DNA of 55,613 nt from Neolecta irregularis DAH-3 (lineage: Eukaryota): positions 1 to 55,613 of the forward strand of contig LXFE01000132.1 in the NCBI GenBank assembly GCA_001929475.1, given 5' to 3'. How positions within the stretch are numbered: position 1 is the first letter of the stretch; each line of letters opens with the position of its first letter. A program made the position numbers and the translations under genes. Shown here in pieces: positions 11,909 through 27,053 of the stretch. The notes beneath the pieces were generated by a model. It was not told where the DNA came from and made no database searches. It was given only the letters and a program-made list of their open reading frames with translations.

Positions 11909-12994
11909 TTACACGCCGCCTAAATTTCCAAAATTGAACTGACTTGGTTTATTGTTTGCAACAGCAGAACTCCCTTTGCTAGATTGTGGTATCTTAGCTT
12001 GTGGCTGAGGATATCTTACATTCAATCCCCAAATGTTTCCGCTGATGATTAGCAGAAGCAAATCCCGAATGTACTTGAATTTATCATCATTGACCTGCCC
12101 ATTGAGTCTCAACTTCAATTCGAAAAAGAGCTGGTATATTGCAAAACTAGTCATACTGCTAGACGGCGGGATCTGCCAGCGAGGCATTTGCAAATCATCC
12201 CATATGAACTGAACGCCCGTTTTGGAAGATTGAGTGGGCAAAAGGCTTTGGTATATTGTTAATACATCTTTTTTGTTCAGCAACCAATAGAGCCGTCGAC
12301 ATACCCCACATTTTGGGAAAGAACAGGGAACACAGTTCCATAAACTCTGTCTCGAATATTGGCAGAGGCTTTAGAGTCATACTTTTCAAGAGATATGCAA
12401 AATCGTAGAGCCTTGAGAGATGAGAATTAGTAAATACCTAGACATACGCATGATGTGCAACCCAGCGAACCTCATCAAGAAGGATAAGACCAGAGCTTAT
12501 AAGCAGTTCACCAAACTGCTCTACATCAATACCCCACTCTTCGTGCTTTTGAAAATCGACACCAGACTTTATGAGCGTGTCTGCCTGAGTTTGATGGATC
12601 ATATCAATTCTGAGTTTAGCCAATGTTGCACAATAATACATACTCTCTCGAAAATTTAAAGTTGAACTGCCAAGTCGAGCAATCCTGAGGGACGTTTCCA
12701 TCCTGGTCCGAAAAGGTCAAGCCGAGGCGGACGATTCTGAGGATGTCTGCGTTCACCCGCACCGTCTGGTAGTGATACTCGAGGGTGGACTTGAATGCTC
12801 CGATAGGTCGAGCTACGACGCCAGGATGCTCCATGGACTTGTGGTGTCAGGTTTCTCTAGAAAACAGTGCATACAAGGAAGACTACAGGGAACCAGTCTA
12901 TCAGGTTGCGGATAGTTGCGAGCTCAGTTTCAAGATTCTGCGACCAGACCTCGCGAACAACGGGAGATGTTCCAGCAAGTCGCTTTGGGGCCAT
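11909..12994 (-). CDS. CAF1/POP2-family (DEDD) deadenylase homologue with degenerate active site (5 introns)
   Basis: VREVWSQNL, PGVVARPIG, TWQFNFKF, FGELLISSGLILLDEVRW, YDFAYLLK. Confidence 0.88.
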
Positions 12995-13113
12995 TTTAAA
13001 GGGAAAAGTAGTGCTGAGGTATATGGAAATGGAGGTTCGTGACAGGCTATCCAGCGCGCCCGCATCTCCAGCGACTCCTATCTGGCCCCCTTTGACCACG
13101 CTCTCTTTATCCT

Positions 13114-15360
<2,247 letters not shown>

Positions 15361-15490
15361 GGGACGGGGTCTGGGAGTATTCTGAGCTTGCTAGGCATTG
15401 TTATAACATTTATTTGTGTACATGATGGTAATAGAAGAGATTGACTAGAGGTAGCTGGAGCAGATGGGAGCTAGCCGTCGTGGAGGACAG

Positions 15491-17262
15491 CTAGCCGTCG
15501 TGGAGAAGGACCGGCTTGAGGACGTGGGTGTCAAACTCTACGAACCAGCGGGCGCGGTGGTCGTCGTCGGCAGGAAGGGCGGGAGGCAGGCGGAGCGGGG
15601 CGGGCGGGAGATCCGAGTCCGAGTCGGAGGGCGAGTCTGGGTCCGAGGACGGGGCCGGGTGGACGATGCCGCGGGACAGGTCGATGCCGCGGGGGCTGTC
15701 CTCGTCGTCGACGACCTCGACGCCGGTGCGGATGCCGACGATGTCGAGCATGCGGGCGGTGGTGCCGCCAAAGACGATGACGGAGAGGACGACGACGACG
15801 AGGACGGTCGCGCGCAGGGTGCTTGCGTGCGGGCCCTGGATGCCCGCGGACAGCGCCACGCCGACGGCGCCGCGCAGGCCGGCCCAGAAGAGCATGATCT
15901 GGTAGGACTGCGGCAGGCGGTCGCGGCGCGCGAGGCGGTTGAGCAGGCGGGCGAGCGGGAACACGGCGGCATAGCGGGCGGCGACGACGGCGGCCACGGC
16001 CACGACGGTGAACAGCGGGCGGTACACAAAGTCGACCTGCGTGAACAGCGAGATGCCCAGGTAGATGAACACAAAGTTCTCCGACAGCCGCGCGAGCACC
16101 TGCAGCAGGCGGCGCACGGTGTGCTGCGCGCGGCGCGACATGTTGAGGTACGCATAGTGCTTCATCGTGATGCCGCAGAACAGCAGCGACACGATGCCTG
16201 GGTCAGCCAGCGCCTGTCTGTCTGGGGGGGGTACCCGACATGTGGCAGCCGTTGGAGAAAAAGTACGCCGCATACGCCAGCAGCACGACCAGACACGACT
16301 CGAGCTGCGGGTGCCGCCGCAGCTGCGTGTGCTTGAGCAGCAGCGCTGTGCCGATGCCCGCCGCGCAGCCGATCACCAGCGATCCGCAAAAGTTGAGCAC
16401 AAACACGCCCGCGCCCTCGACCGCACTCAGCGCATGCATCTGCGTGCCGTGGTACTGCTGCACCGTCCCGCCGTCAGCCCCAGCCGCCGGCAGCGCTCTA
16501 CGTACTCAAACATCACGATCGACACCGCGTCGTTCAGCAGCGACTCGCCAAAGATGATCGAGTACAGCTGCGGGTCCACCTGCCGCCAGTCAGCCCGCCC
16601 CCGCCCTGCTCGGAGAAGAAGAAGCCGCCTGCCTTGCACTGCGTAAAGATCGACAGCACCGTCACCGGGTCCGTCGCGCTCAAAGTCGCCCCCACGGACA
16701 TCGCGTCCAGGAACGACATCCGCACAGCCTCCAGCCCCGTCAGGCTCCACGCGTACACAATCGCCCCTATCACTATCGCAGAGATAAACGTCCCCAGCAG
16801 CGCAAACGTCAGGATCGTCCCGATGTTGCGGAAGAACAGCGCCTCCCCGTCAGCGGTGCCGTGCTGCACGTACCTGCCGCAGCTCAAACCCAGAATTCAG
16901 AATAATAGGCGGCAGCAGCAAATTGAAAAAGTACGAGTAGTGGAACGACACTTTCTCCTGGATCCGCAGCCCCGGCGACACCCGGATAATCAGCCCCACG
17001 ACCATGCCTGCCGTCAGCTCCCGCCCCCATCGCGCGCCCCGCACCCGCAAAGATAGACACCACGCTTTCGTGCACCGCCCGTATCTTGCGCCGCTGCAGG
17101 TAGTAGCTCGAGAATAGCGCAACAATAAGCAGTGCTACAAGAATGAAGAGCGCCCACGACGAATACAGCTCCTCAGTCACAGGATCAGACGGATCCTCAA
17201 TGTCGATCTCCGTTCCTAATGTGAGAAACGCACTGGGAACAGTCCATACTCTTGAATGGCAT
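15491..17262 (-). CDS. NHX1: Endosomal/prevacuolar Na+(K+)/H+ exchanger, 6 introns including one GC-AG and one GT-GG
   Basis: SSWALFIL, FFNLLLPPIILNSG, SATDPVTVL, IFGESLLNDAVSIV, SGIVSLLFCGI, LFWAGLRGAVGVAL. Confidence 0.93.
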
Positions 17263-17309
17263 GCTGTTGATCGGTGGGGTGCAGACCCTGAATCGTTGTA
17301 GAACGGTTC

Positions 17310-17317
17310 CACGTGAC
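17310..17317. promoter_or_regulatory. CACGTGAC E-box (Cbf1-type bHLH site) in NHX1/NDUFB3 divergent promoter
   Basis: Exact motif in a ~100-bp intergenic region; the same motif occurs at 20461-20468 and 26898-26905. Confidence 0.5.
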
Positions 17318-17364
17318 TTGTCTTGGTCCCATGCATCCGACACGCCGACACCGTGCATCACTAC

Positions 17365-17566
17365 ATGTCTATTCAAAATGACCCCTGGGCAAGACGGTAC
17401 ATCTCCCAGTATCAGTCCTAACCCAAGAAACGCATGGAGAACAAAACATTTATTCTCACCAGCATCGAGATTTAAAAGCGCGCTCCCGGGATTCGGAATC
17501 GCCTCTGGCCTATTTGCTATATACTGTCTCGTTGAATTCGTATCGTCGTATCGCAACCACGAGTGA
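17365..17566 (+). CDS. NADH:ubiquinone oxidoreductase B12 subunit (NDUFB3-like), one 31-nt intron (17397-17427)
   Basis: Spliced MSIQNDPWARRNAWRTKHLFSPASRFKSALPGFGIASGLFAIYCLVE. Confidence 0.88.
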
Positions 17567-17598
17567 ATTAAAGTAGAGCCAAGATAGATGTAGTCTTA

Positions 17599-18681
17599 TT
17601 ATATACTCTGCAACAACGCTTGTCTTTCACTTCGCGACGATATACTGCTCAAGTTGATCGCTCGAATTAATAGATCTGCTCTATACCTCCCATCTTGCTC
17701 GTCGTCACACCCGTCAGCCTTCTTCGCAATAAGATAAACGCCAGCAAACGTCGATAAACATCCTCCAATAAATAATTCCTTTTGATAGACATCGACCCTA
17801 GAAAACTCGTCGTATAGAATCCCGGAACCGACAATCACGCTCAGCGTGAACAGCACAAACTGGGTAGGCACAACAACCTGCTAATCAGCTACATCCCAAT
17901 ACACCTACCGTAGATTCGAACCGCGACAGTGCCCTGTTGAGAAACTTTACCTGAATCACCGCAGTAACAACCATCACCATCATCAAAACATAACTTATCC
18001 GATACGTAAACAGTAGATATGTTTGGCTTGAAAGCAGACAGGATAGCCCTTTGGTGGACAACACAGTAAACTGGCCAAAGATGGCTACAGTCCCCAAATC
18101 GAATAGCATATTCCGGTTCCCAACAAGACCAGACAACACTGCAAGAACCACACCGAAAAACAGCATAATCAAGGCGTATATAACGAACCCAGGAGACCGC
18201 AGTGCGGCAACAAGTTCATCTGGTCCAACCTGTCGTCAACATACGAAAAATGAACACTTGCCATTCGCTCCTCCCCACTGGACAGTACAATGACTACTGC
18301 ACCCAGACACGCAATTCCAACGCCAAACACCTGACGCGCTGAAATCGATTCATCCAATACTACAGGCGCAAATACCACGTTTGCAATCAACCCTGCAATA
18401 CCCAAAGGAGCCACTATCGACGCCTTTGTAAATCCGTATGCAACAAAGTTGCCCTACCGTCAATAACCACCCAACCACAAGAATACAATCTCGCCAATCA
18501 GCATAAGCAGAAATGCAAACCACCACGACATGGAAATATAGTACTGCCGACTAGATGCAAGATGAGACCGCCGCTGCAGCGTCAACGACAACGAGATGAC
18601 GATGTTTGACACAACGGCGATAAATATTCCGAGTAGAGTAAAGACAGATTGGTCCGCGCCCGTATCGGCCACGCGGTTCAT
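17599..18681 (-). CDS. NIPA-family magnesium transporter (3 introns, one GC-AG)
   Basis: WW..LLMLIGEIGNFVAYGF, APLG, FTVLSTKGLS, QVKFLNRALSRFEST.VVPTQFVLFT. Confidence 0.88.
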
Positions 18682-18777
18682 CGTCTTCAATGGCAATTGT
18701 TGGGGTAGCCCATTAGCTTCTCTTTCCCAGTTTCCCAATTTAAAGGCGCCCACGTGGATGAGATCACAGTACCCATA

Positions 18778-18890
18778 TGATTTAGAGATCACCCAGTCTT
18801 AGGATTTAGAGATCACCCAGCTTATGATTTAGAGATCACCCAGCTTATGATTTAGAGATCACCCAGTCTTATGATTTAGACCCATGTCTT
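18778..18890 (+). repeat. Tandem repeat, 23-24 bp unit (tgatttagagatcacccag(t)ctta) x ~4.5
   Basis: Directly visible between the RPT2 stop codon and the NIPA start. Confidence 0.9.
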
Positions 18891-18893
18891 AAA

Positions 18894-20397
18894 CTATAGA
18901 TATAGACCCTCTGGACTTGCTTCTTGCTTAGTCTTCAACACACGGTCTCGCGCCTTCCGAAAGTCATCTGCTGTCACTTTCATCCGTCGTTCCCGCAACG
19001 CCATCATTCCTGCTTCGGTACACATACTCTTAATGTCTGCACCAGAGAGTTCGTCTTTCGAAGCAATGAATTCTTCAGTGTCGACGTCGTCGCTCAACGA
19101 CATCTTGGCTGTGTGTATTGTAAAGATCTTGCGCTTTGTGTGCTCTAATCGTCAGCAATCATCCTTCAGGTCCCCTACGATCTGGATTCTCGAATAGGAT
19201 CTTCCGGTCAATCCGTCCAGGCCGTATAAGAGCTGGGTCAAGGTCGGATATACGATTGGTAGCCATAATGACCTTGACATCCCCTCTTGTATCAAATCCA
19301 TCAAGCTGGTTGAGTAATTCCAAAAGCGTTCTTTGGATTTCCCGCTCAGCACCTGACGACGAATCGTAACGTTTACTACCAATAGCATCAATCTCGTCAA
19401 TGAATACAATGCTAGGTGCATGTTCTTCAGCAACACCTAAAGTCAATTCATAGCTCCCATAAATAGCATACGAAATAATTCTCGAACAAGTTTTGGCCCG
19501 TCACCAAGGTACTTTTGGATCAACTCTGACCCAACAACCCGTAGAAATGTGGCGCTCGTCTGATTTGCAACTGCTTTAGCGAGCAACGTCTTTCCAGTTC
19601 CAGGTGCTCCATAGAGAATGACTCCCTTGGGAGGCCGAATGCCCATCTCTTCGTACAATTCGGGATGCGTCAATGGTAATTCCACAGATTCTTTGATTTC
19701 TTGAATTTGCGCTTCAAGACCTCCGATATCGGCATATGATTCTGTCGGCGCTTTCTCAAGTTTCATGACTGAAACCATTGGATCCACGTCGTCGTTCAAT
19801 ACACCAACCACCGAGATTGACTGGGCAGTCAGTAACTGGAGTAAACGTTACAACCTTGTGATGCAAAAGCACGGAACATCCAGGTTCGAGAAGGTCCTTG
19901 TCGACAAATGACATTATCCCAACATAATACTCGGGTCCATTCGTAGAAGACACAATGGCATGGTCGTCATCGATAATCTCTTCCAAAGTTCCAACTCCCA
20001 TAGGCGAACCACGGAGCTTGTCAACTCTAGATTGTTCCTGCTGTGTCTTCTCGTCCTGAGGCTTCAGCCGTTCTTGATTTTGCACGAATTCTTCCTCCAG
20101 CAACAGATAATCTTTGATTCGCTCCAGTTTGAGTAGCTTGAGTTTACACCGAGTGTTTGGGTACACTGCAGGGAGTTTGTTCGATGCGTCGGGGCCACGA
20201 CGTTTCTTTTTCCCTGCTCTCGGTGGTATAGGTGGTTCAAACTTGTGTTTCTCCTTCTTCAGCGGCGGGTGTTAGCACAAGACGATAGTAGGCGGTACCT
20301 TGTCCTGCTTTTCCTTGCTATCCTTGGAATGACCCTGACCAGACTGTGTATTCCCCTTTGCTAGTCAGTATACCGAGAGAAAGTCGTAGCATGCCAT
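18894..20397 (-). CDS. RPT2: 26S proteasome regulatory AAA-ATPase subunit 4 (5 introns; ATG alone in first exon followed by a GC-AG intron)
   Basis: MGNTQS N-terminus, [55 protein letters not shown]-terminus. Confidence 0.97.
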
Positions 20398-20460
20398 TAG
20401 TGTTTTGTCGAGATCGTGGGTGGATCAAATTCGTAAATACGTCAGCAAATGAAATGATGG

Positions 20461-20468
20461 CACGTGAC
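20461..20468. promoter_or_regulatory. CACGTGAC E-box upstream of RPT2
   Basis: Exact motif ~65 bp upstream of the ATG. Confidence 0.45.
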
Positions 20469-20835
20469 TGTATCCTGCGACAAGGGCTCAAAGTCTTTCT
20501 TTCAGCGATATTGTCCTGTTCCGTGGATATAGTTTATTGCCGAATTGGCGATTCATTCTTTATTTCAATCGCAGACTTTCTACCTGTCTAGAGGGATAAA
20601 AACTTGGCAAGCTCAAGGCTGATTTCGACCGAGTCTATATCCTCTCACTAATATGTGACCTTTATCTATTATGTCTTCTAAACCCAAACCAGCGGAGAAA
20701 AAGGGGTGAAATTTCGACATTCCTCTGCTCCGCCGGAATGTACAGACCGGCCCGTGTTCCGCCAAAGAACTCTGCGCCTTTCACTTTGGAAACCACACTC
20801 TTTCTACTCACCCATTAGTCATTCTTTCAGCAACG

Positions 20836-22906
20836 ATGAAGTTACTCCTTCTCGTCTCGACACTCGCTTTACCTGCTCTTATATTCGGCCGCGGACTCGG
20901 ACACTTTGAAACTATCCAACTCAAGCGCGATCACTTGCCTAGCCGATTGGTCAAAAGGGGAGATACCACCATCCCTCTCTTGCCAAATGCTTTTGCACGC
21001 ACGATCACTATGGAAGTATCTGTTGGTAGCAATTCCAACAGTACAATGGGCACGACCGGGGCTCAGAGCATTCGTGTTATCGTGGATACCGGCTCATCTG
21101 AACTCTGGTTCCCGATATCGAATACCCAAGGCTGTACTGAACATCCCACGTTGTGTGAGCTCTTTGGAACATATCAATCGTCATTATCAGCAACATTTCG
21201 ATTCAAAAATGATTTCTTCCAGATTTCATACCTTGATGGTACCTCCTCAAGTGGGATTTATTTCACCGATCGTTTTTCATTGGGAGGGTTTACGTTGGCC
21301 AATCAAACCATGGGGGAAGCCAATGATACGACCATTCTCCCCGGAATTATAGGCTTCGGTTATCCCCCTCCCGATACCCCAGATAATCAGGCTCGAGGTT
21401 TGGTTTATCCGAGATTTCTCCAGCAACTCGTTTCTCAAGGTTCAATCAACGCTGCAGCGTTCAGTATCAATATTAATAATATCGACGCTAGCCAGGGCAC
21501 ATTGCTCATCGGCGCTATCGATACAACGCAATACGTTGGACCACTTCACGCTGTTCCGATCCAGAAATCAAGTGATGGGACCTTTGACTCCTACAACGTT
21601 TTGCTCAGTGCCTTTGTGATCGCCGATCAGAATGGCAATGAGCAAGTCTTTAATGCTAACAATGCCCTCGGACATATCGATAGTGGCTCGGAGGACGGAG
21701 AGCTTCCGTTAGATGTTTTCACTGCTCTTGTTGCAGTTACCAATGCTGTTCCACACCCGGATTTGGGTCTCTACCTTGTGGACTGTTCGCTTCAAAGTTG
21801 TAAAAATCTAAAAATCCTGATCTCGTTTGGATCCCTCACCAATTTCACGGTTGAGGCTGCCAACATGATCTCGCCTGCATTTGATTCAAGTGGCAATCGT
21901 ATCATGAATCCCGATGGTTCCCAAGCCTGTACCATTCCATTCTCGCAGCCCTCCGACCCAGGTGGCCCATTATTCATCGGTCAGGGATTACTCCGTCCAG
22001 CTTACATCGTTTTTGATCAAAGTAACAATCAAATCGCGTTCTCACAATCAATTATTGCTCAAACCAGTCATGCAAAGCGCCAAAATTCTGGAATCATTGT
22101 TATTCCAAGTGGTGGAGTTTTAACCATTCCTGGAGGGGTTGCTATATATGATCCATCAGCTCAAGACGGTAGCGCTGTCATTCCAACTGTCGCTCCCACG
22201 GCTAGTGTCACGGTTCTGCCTCTGTCCTCAACCGCGTCGGCCGTGACGTCGGCCCAGACGTCGGTCGCTACCTCAACCTCTCGATCTACAGACTCCTCGG
22301 GTCAGATTTTCAATGTGCTGTATTCTAATACCATTATCATAAACGATCCAATTCTTCAACCAGTCGTTGTAACGGGAGCTAATGGACAACTTACTACTAC
22401 GTACTCTTCACTTCCGCAAATCCAGACCATTGGATCTACAGTTGTAAGAACAGAGCCGTGTCATTGTCAAGCAGTCGCAACTCCGGCAAACGGCATTGTT
22501 ATTAACGCTTTGGTATGAAATCTTGTTTTCTAAAGTATTCTGACACCACTAGAACGGTCAAGGCGCACAACCTCAGGCTGCTGCTCAGGCTCAGGCAACC
22601 GCTGGAGCATCTGCAAACTCGAACAACTCGGGACAGGGCTCCTCATCTGCCGCTGCGTCTTCAGGCTCTTCTAATTCCCTTGCCTCAAGTTCAGGAAATG
22701 GTGCGGCTCAAGCGAATGCCGGCACGGGATCTGTTGCCGCTGCTGTGGCTAATTCTAATTCAATTGCTAATGCTAATGTAAACACTAATTCTAATGTCAA
22801 GTCTAACACGACCGCCAGCACCATCTTTAAGGGCGAAGGCAAACGTGCTTCTCTAAGCAATTACGTTGGCCCTGTAGTTTTCGTGTCATTGGGATTGTTG
22901 TTGTAA
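20836..22906 (+). CDS. Secreted, probably GPI-anchored pepsin-like aspartic protease (yapsin-like), 1 intron
   Basis: Signal peptide, KR propeptide sites, VIVDTGSSELW and HIDSGS catalytic motifs, flap SYLDG, S/T/A/N-rich stalk, hydrophobic C-terminus VGPVVFVSLGLLL. Confidence 0.9.
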
Positions 22907-23253
22907 ATATGTTCTTACTGGATATCTTTGTACAGTCGAGCTTATGCCAGTTTATTTCACCTATAGTTGTCCTGCTAAGGTATGTGCCGTAAACTGCCGT
23001 TCTACCCCGATGGATGGATTCTACCATGGTCTAGCCTTTGTGATTGCGGGCCCGGCCGTGTAGAGGCGTTACATTCCAGGGACGACTCCTCGCGTTACTC
23101 GAGGTTTGATCTATAAACACATGCAATACTACGAAACCTCCGAATACCTCACCAACCACCCTCCGATTATGACCACGCTCTCTTAGTCTCTCTCTCAATA
23201 CAACCTGACCTTCTTTGAGAACACTCGCTCTTTCGAACACGCTCCTTTATGCA

Positions 23254-23991
23254 ATGAAAATGCCCAGTCTATACTCAACAAACGCCATATTCCTCGCGAT
23301 CCTCTTTGGACAGATCGCTCTTTGCAACGCTGCCGAACTCGAGAAACGGGCGACACCTACTGCCAGTCTCAACACTTCTGTTTCGACAAATATCGATCCT
23401 GCATTGCTTGCATCCAATTTCCCGTCCACGCCAACAAATTCTAACGGTACGCCAGTCAACAATGTACAGTCTGTTCGATTTACCTCCGTCGGCGACAATG
23501 TCAACATCGTTTACAATCTTACGGTGCTTATCGGTGGCGATGGCACCATAACAACTCTTTCAAAACAACCACTATCTACGTCAACTTGTCCTTGTGCTCC
23601 AGTTGTAGTCCCTACATTAACTCAGTATGTCTATTCAACTGTCACAGGACCGCACCCTTCTGCGACTACCTTGGGACAGGTAGGCCTTCACCTTTATCTC
23701 CTGCTTAAGAAGTAGATCTCCAACTTTGTGCCAGTGACCTATGGGCCTGCAAATTGCTCCAGCACTATGCCCTTACCTTCGCCACCTGCAGGTCTATTGG
23801 TTTCTGCTGGCGGTCTTTTGGCAGATACCATGAACGCTCCGGGTCGACCATTTATAAACTTTTTGAACCAGACAAATCCCATACGTACAGTTACAAGTGT
23901 CACTACTGCTTCAATAAGCACTTCAACGGCAAAAACAGGTATTTCAAACATTCTTTTGGGTGCCATCTTACATGTCAGGTGCAACTACTAG
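23254..23991 (+). CDS. Secreted Ser/Thr-rich protein of unknown function (1 intron)
   Basis: Signal peptide, LEKR Kex2 site, T-rich body; a GT-AG intron joins ORFs 23215 and 23728. Confidence 0.7.
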
Positions 23992-24084
23992 GTTGCATAG
24001 TCCCACAAATTTATTTGCAACGATGATGATTGTGATGACCATGTTTACTCTCTTTGTTTAATATTTGTACGTAGGTAGATTCTG

Positions 24085-25027
<943 letters not shown>

Positions 25028-25295
25028 CGGGCGATGGTGGTGGGTTTTGCGCTGTTGCTGATCCAGACTGGAAACTTCGCCCTGCTATTGCCAATTAGAA
25101 GCCGGGCCTAGTCCGTCCTCTTCCATCTCTTCATGTGTCCTGTCTCCACGCCACATTGCTTCTCTTGCTTTGGTGTTGTGTCCGTCTAAGCGGCACTTAC
25201 CTCCCTGAGCCGCCAGCCACAATTACCCGAATCGACGCATCCGGAGGAGGTGCCTGTCCATATAAGCCGCTCTCGACTTTTTGTCGAAACTAGCC

Positions 25296-25977
25296 ATGAA
25301 CTCTCCTCACCTATCTGTCGAAGACGATGAATCCTTGACGTCTTCGGTCCTGACCTTCTGTCGAGCAGGCATGCCAATTTCGATTGTCGACGTCTCCCCG
25401 ACTTCTCGCAATTCCCCTCTGTTCAGGCTGTGGCCAAAAAAGCATACTGAGGCAGAGCCATCTCTGCGCCTTAAAGAAGACCTTCTCGACGATACCGATT
25501 TCAAGGATATTCCCCAAGTCTGGAACGACTCCAATGTACCTCTTTCTTAGCCAACCAGGTTCTCACCGGGCAGCTCCCAGCTCATCAAAAGGCGCACTTG
25601 AACCAATTTTATCATGAATATTTTGCTAGAGTATGAATACTATCCTGCTGCAATTCACTAACTCCAAGGCCGACGCTCTTCGCTCATATGAAGCGCAAAT
25701 TCGCCAGCTCACCTCGCTTGTAACTCAGCAGCGACAATCAATAAGCGATCTCGAATTTGCACTGTCTAAAACACACTACGAACCCGCCAAAGAGTCTGCA
25801 TCCCTCTTTGAGGTGGATTTAAGTCCTAATCCCTCGCTACAAGGAACAAGCAGAAGCAGAAGTACTGATTCTGGGTTCGATGAGGAAGAACTAATGGAGC
25901 AACTACGTCGGTTGAGAACAGAGAATTCTTCCCTGAGGCAGAGTGTTGAAGAGGTTCTCACATGTATTGGTCCCTAA
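25296..25977 (+). CDS. Uncharacterised protein with coiled-coil segments (2 introns)
   Basis: Three exons joined by GT-AG introns at ~25534 and ~25631; heptad-like YEAQIRQLTSLVTQQRQSISDLE and LMEQLRRLRTENSSLRQSVEEV. Confidence 0.55.
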
Positions 25978-26320
25978 TGGTAACAAGCGGAAAGGAGTTT
26001 GTATTTTCTTCGAGACTGTCCCATCGGCGCACTTTTTTGATATCCCCTACTTTCATTTCGCTTTAGATTTGGTCGTCTTTTGTTTTTTCTGTATTGTGTT
26101 TTGAGCAGATCAGGAGTTGTGTAAATATTAATGTTGGAAGTAGATATTCTATTCATCTTTTCTCTTCATCGAATCTTTAGGTCTGATTTCCAAACAGATT
26201 ATCAAGTGGTTTCAGTATAGCTAACTAGCTGCACTACACGCCTGCAATTTAAATTTCTATTGACTTTCTCAGTTTACCCATGACCCACTTATATTATACA
26301 AGTATTGAAATGACCAAGCT

Positions 26321-26827
26321 TCAAGACCGACCTCGAAGTATCTTTAGCAAATCGCTAGCAACCTTGACCTCCTCATGTTGTGGAGCTAGCGGCTTGGTTC
26401 TGTGGACCGGTAACTGCTCCTTGGCGATTTCCAGACGCTTAGTCGAATACTCTTCCTCGTATTGTTGGAGTATTTGCGATAATTTCGGTCTCTCGTCTTT
26501 ATCTGCAACCCATAATCCCCATACTTTCTCCATTTTGTCACATATGATGTCATAGGTATTGTCAACCTGCACCCTCATGTTCTCCATCCGCAGAGTCCAC
26601 ACATTCGGATCTATTCTGTTCATGATAATAAGAAGTCTTCTTGGCTCTGTGCTTCTTTTAACGATAAATAAAGGACCTTCGACGTTGCATTTTTCCCATC
26701 CATCAATCTCGGAACACGAATATAAAGCCGCGTGCGAAATGAGCAGGGCGATAGCAACAATGTCGTTGTCATACTTTTGCAAAACCATCAAATTCTCTGC
26801 TGCTTTGGCGCCTTCTGAACGCATCAT
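26321..26827 (-). CDS. DCP1: mRNA decapping enzyme subunit 1 (EVH1 domain)
   Basis: NLMVLQKYD, SHAALY, WEKCNVEGPLFIVKR, IIMNR, GLW. Confidence 0.88.
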   Translation of the reverse strand: MMRSEGAKAAENLMVLQKYDNDIVAIALLISHAALYSCSEIDGWEKCNVEGPLFIVKRSTEPRRLLIIMNRIDPNVWTLRMENMRVQVDNTYDIICDKMEKVWGLWVADKDERPKLSQILQQYEEEYSTKRLEIAKEQLPVHRTKPLAPQHEEVKVASDLLKILRGRS

Positions 26828-26897
26828 TGGGACTAATTAAAAGTCTGGTTTTTGTTATGATTTGTAGCGACGAAAGAAATTGTGTCTTGTGATTCAA

Positions 26898-26905
26898 CAC
26901 GTGAC
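26898..26905. promoter_or_regulatory. CACGTGAC E-box in DCP1/SUT1 divergent promoter
   Basis: Exact motif in a short intergenic region. Confidence 0.45.
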
Positions 26906-27053
26906 AATGTTTTAGAACATGATACAACGCGTCTATTAAGACCAACACACCTCTATTAGACCTTGCATATTGCCAGTGATTTTACATCGAAACTGCTGTA
27001 CACCATTTGCCATACTACATGGTGACAGACTTGAGGTTCTAAACACAACAGCC

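Noticed and set aside
15464-16336. Long plus-strand ORFs antisense to NHX1
   Set aside because: Expected by-product of extreme GC3 bias; no recognisable protein features.
18778-18890. CRISPR-like repeat array
   Set aside because: Units are head-to-tail with no unique spacers, there are no cas genes, and the context is eukaryotic; it is a minisatellite.
20356-20394. Apparent CT-donor intron after ATG 20392 in RPT2
   Set aside because: Resolved by the ATG at 20397 followed by a GC-AG intron, giving MGNTQS.
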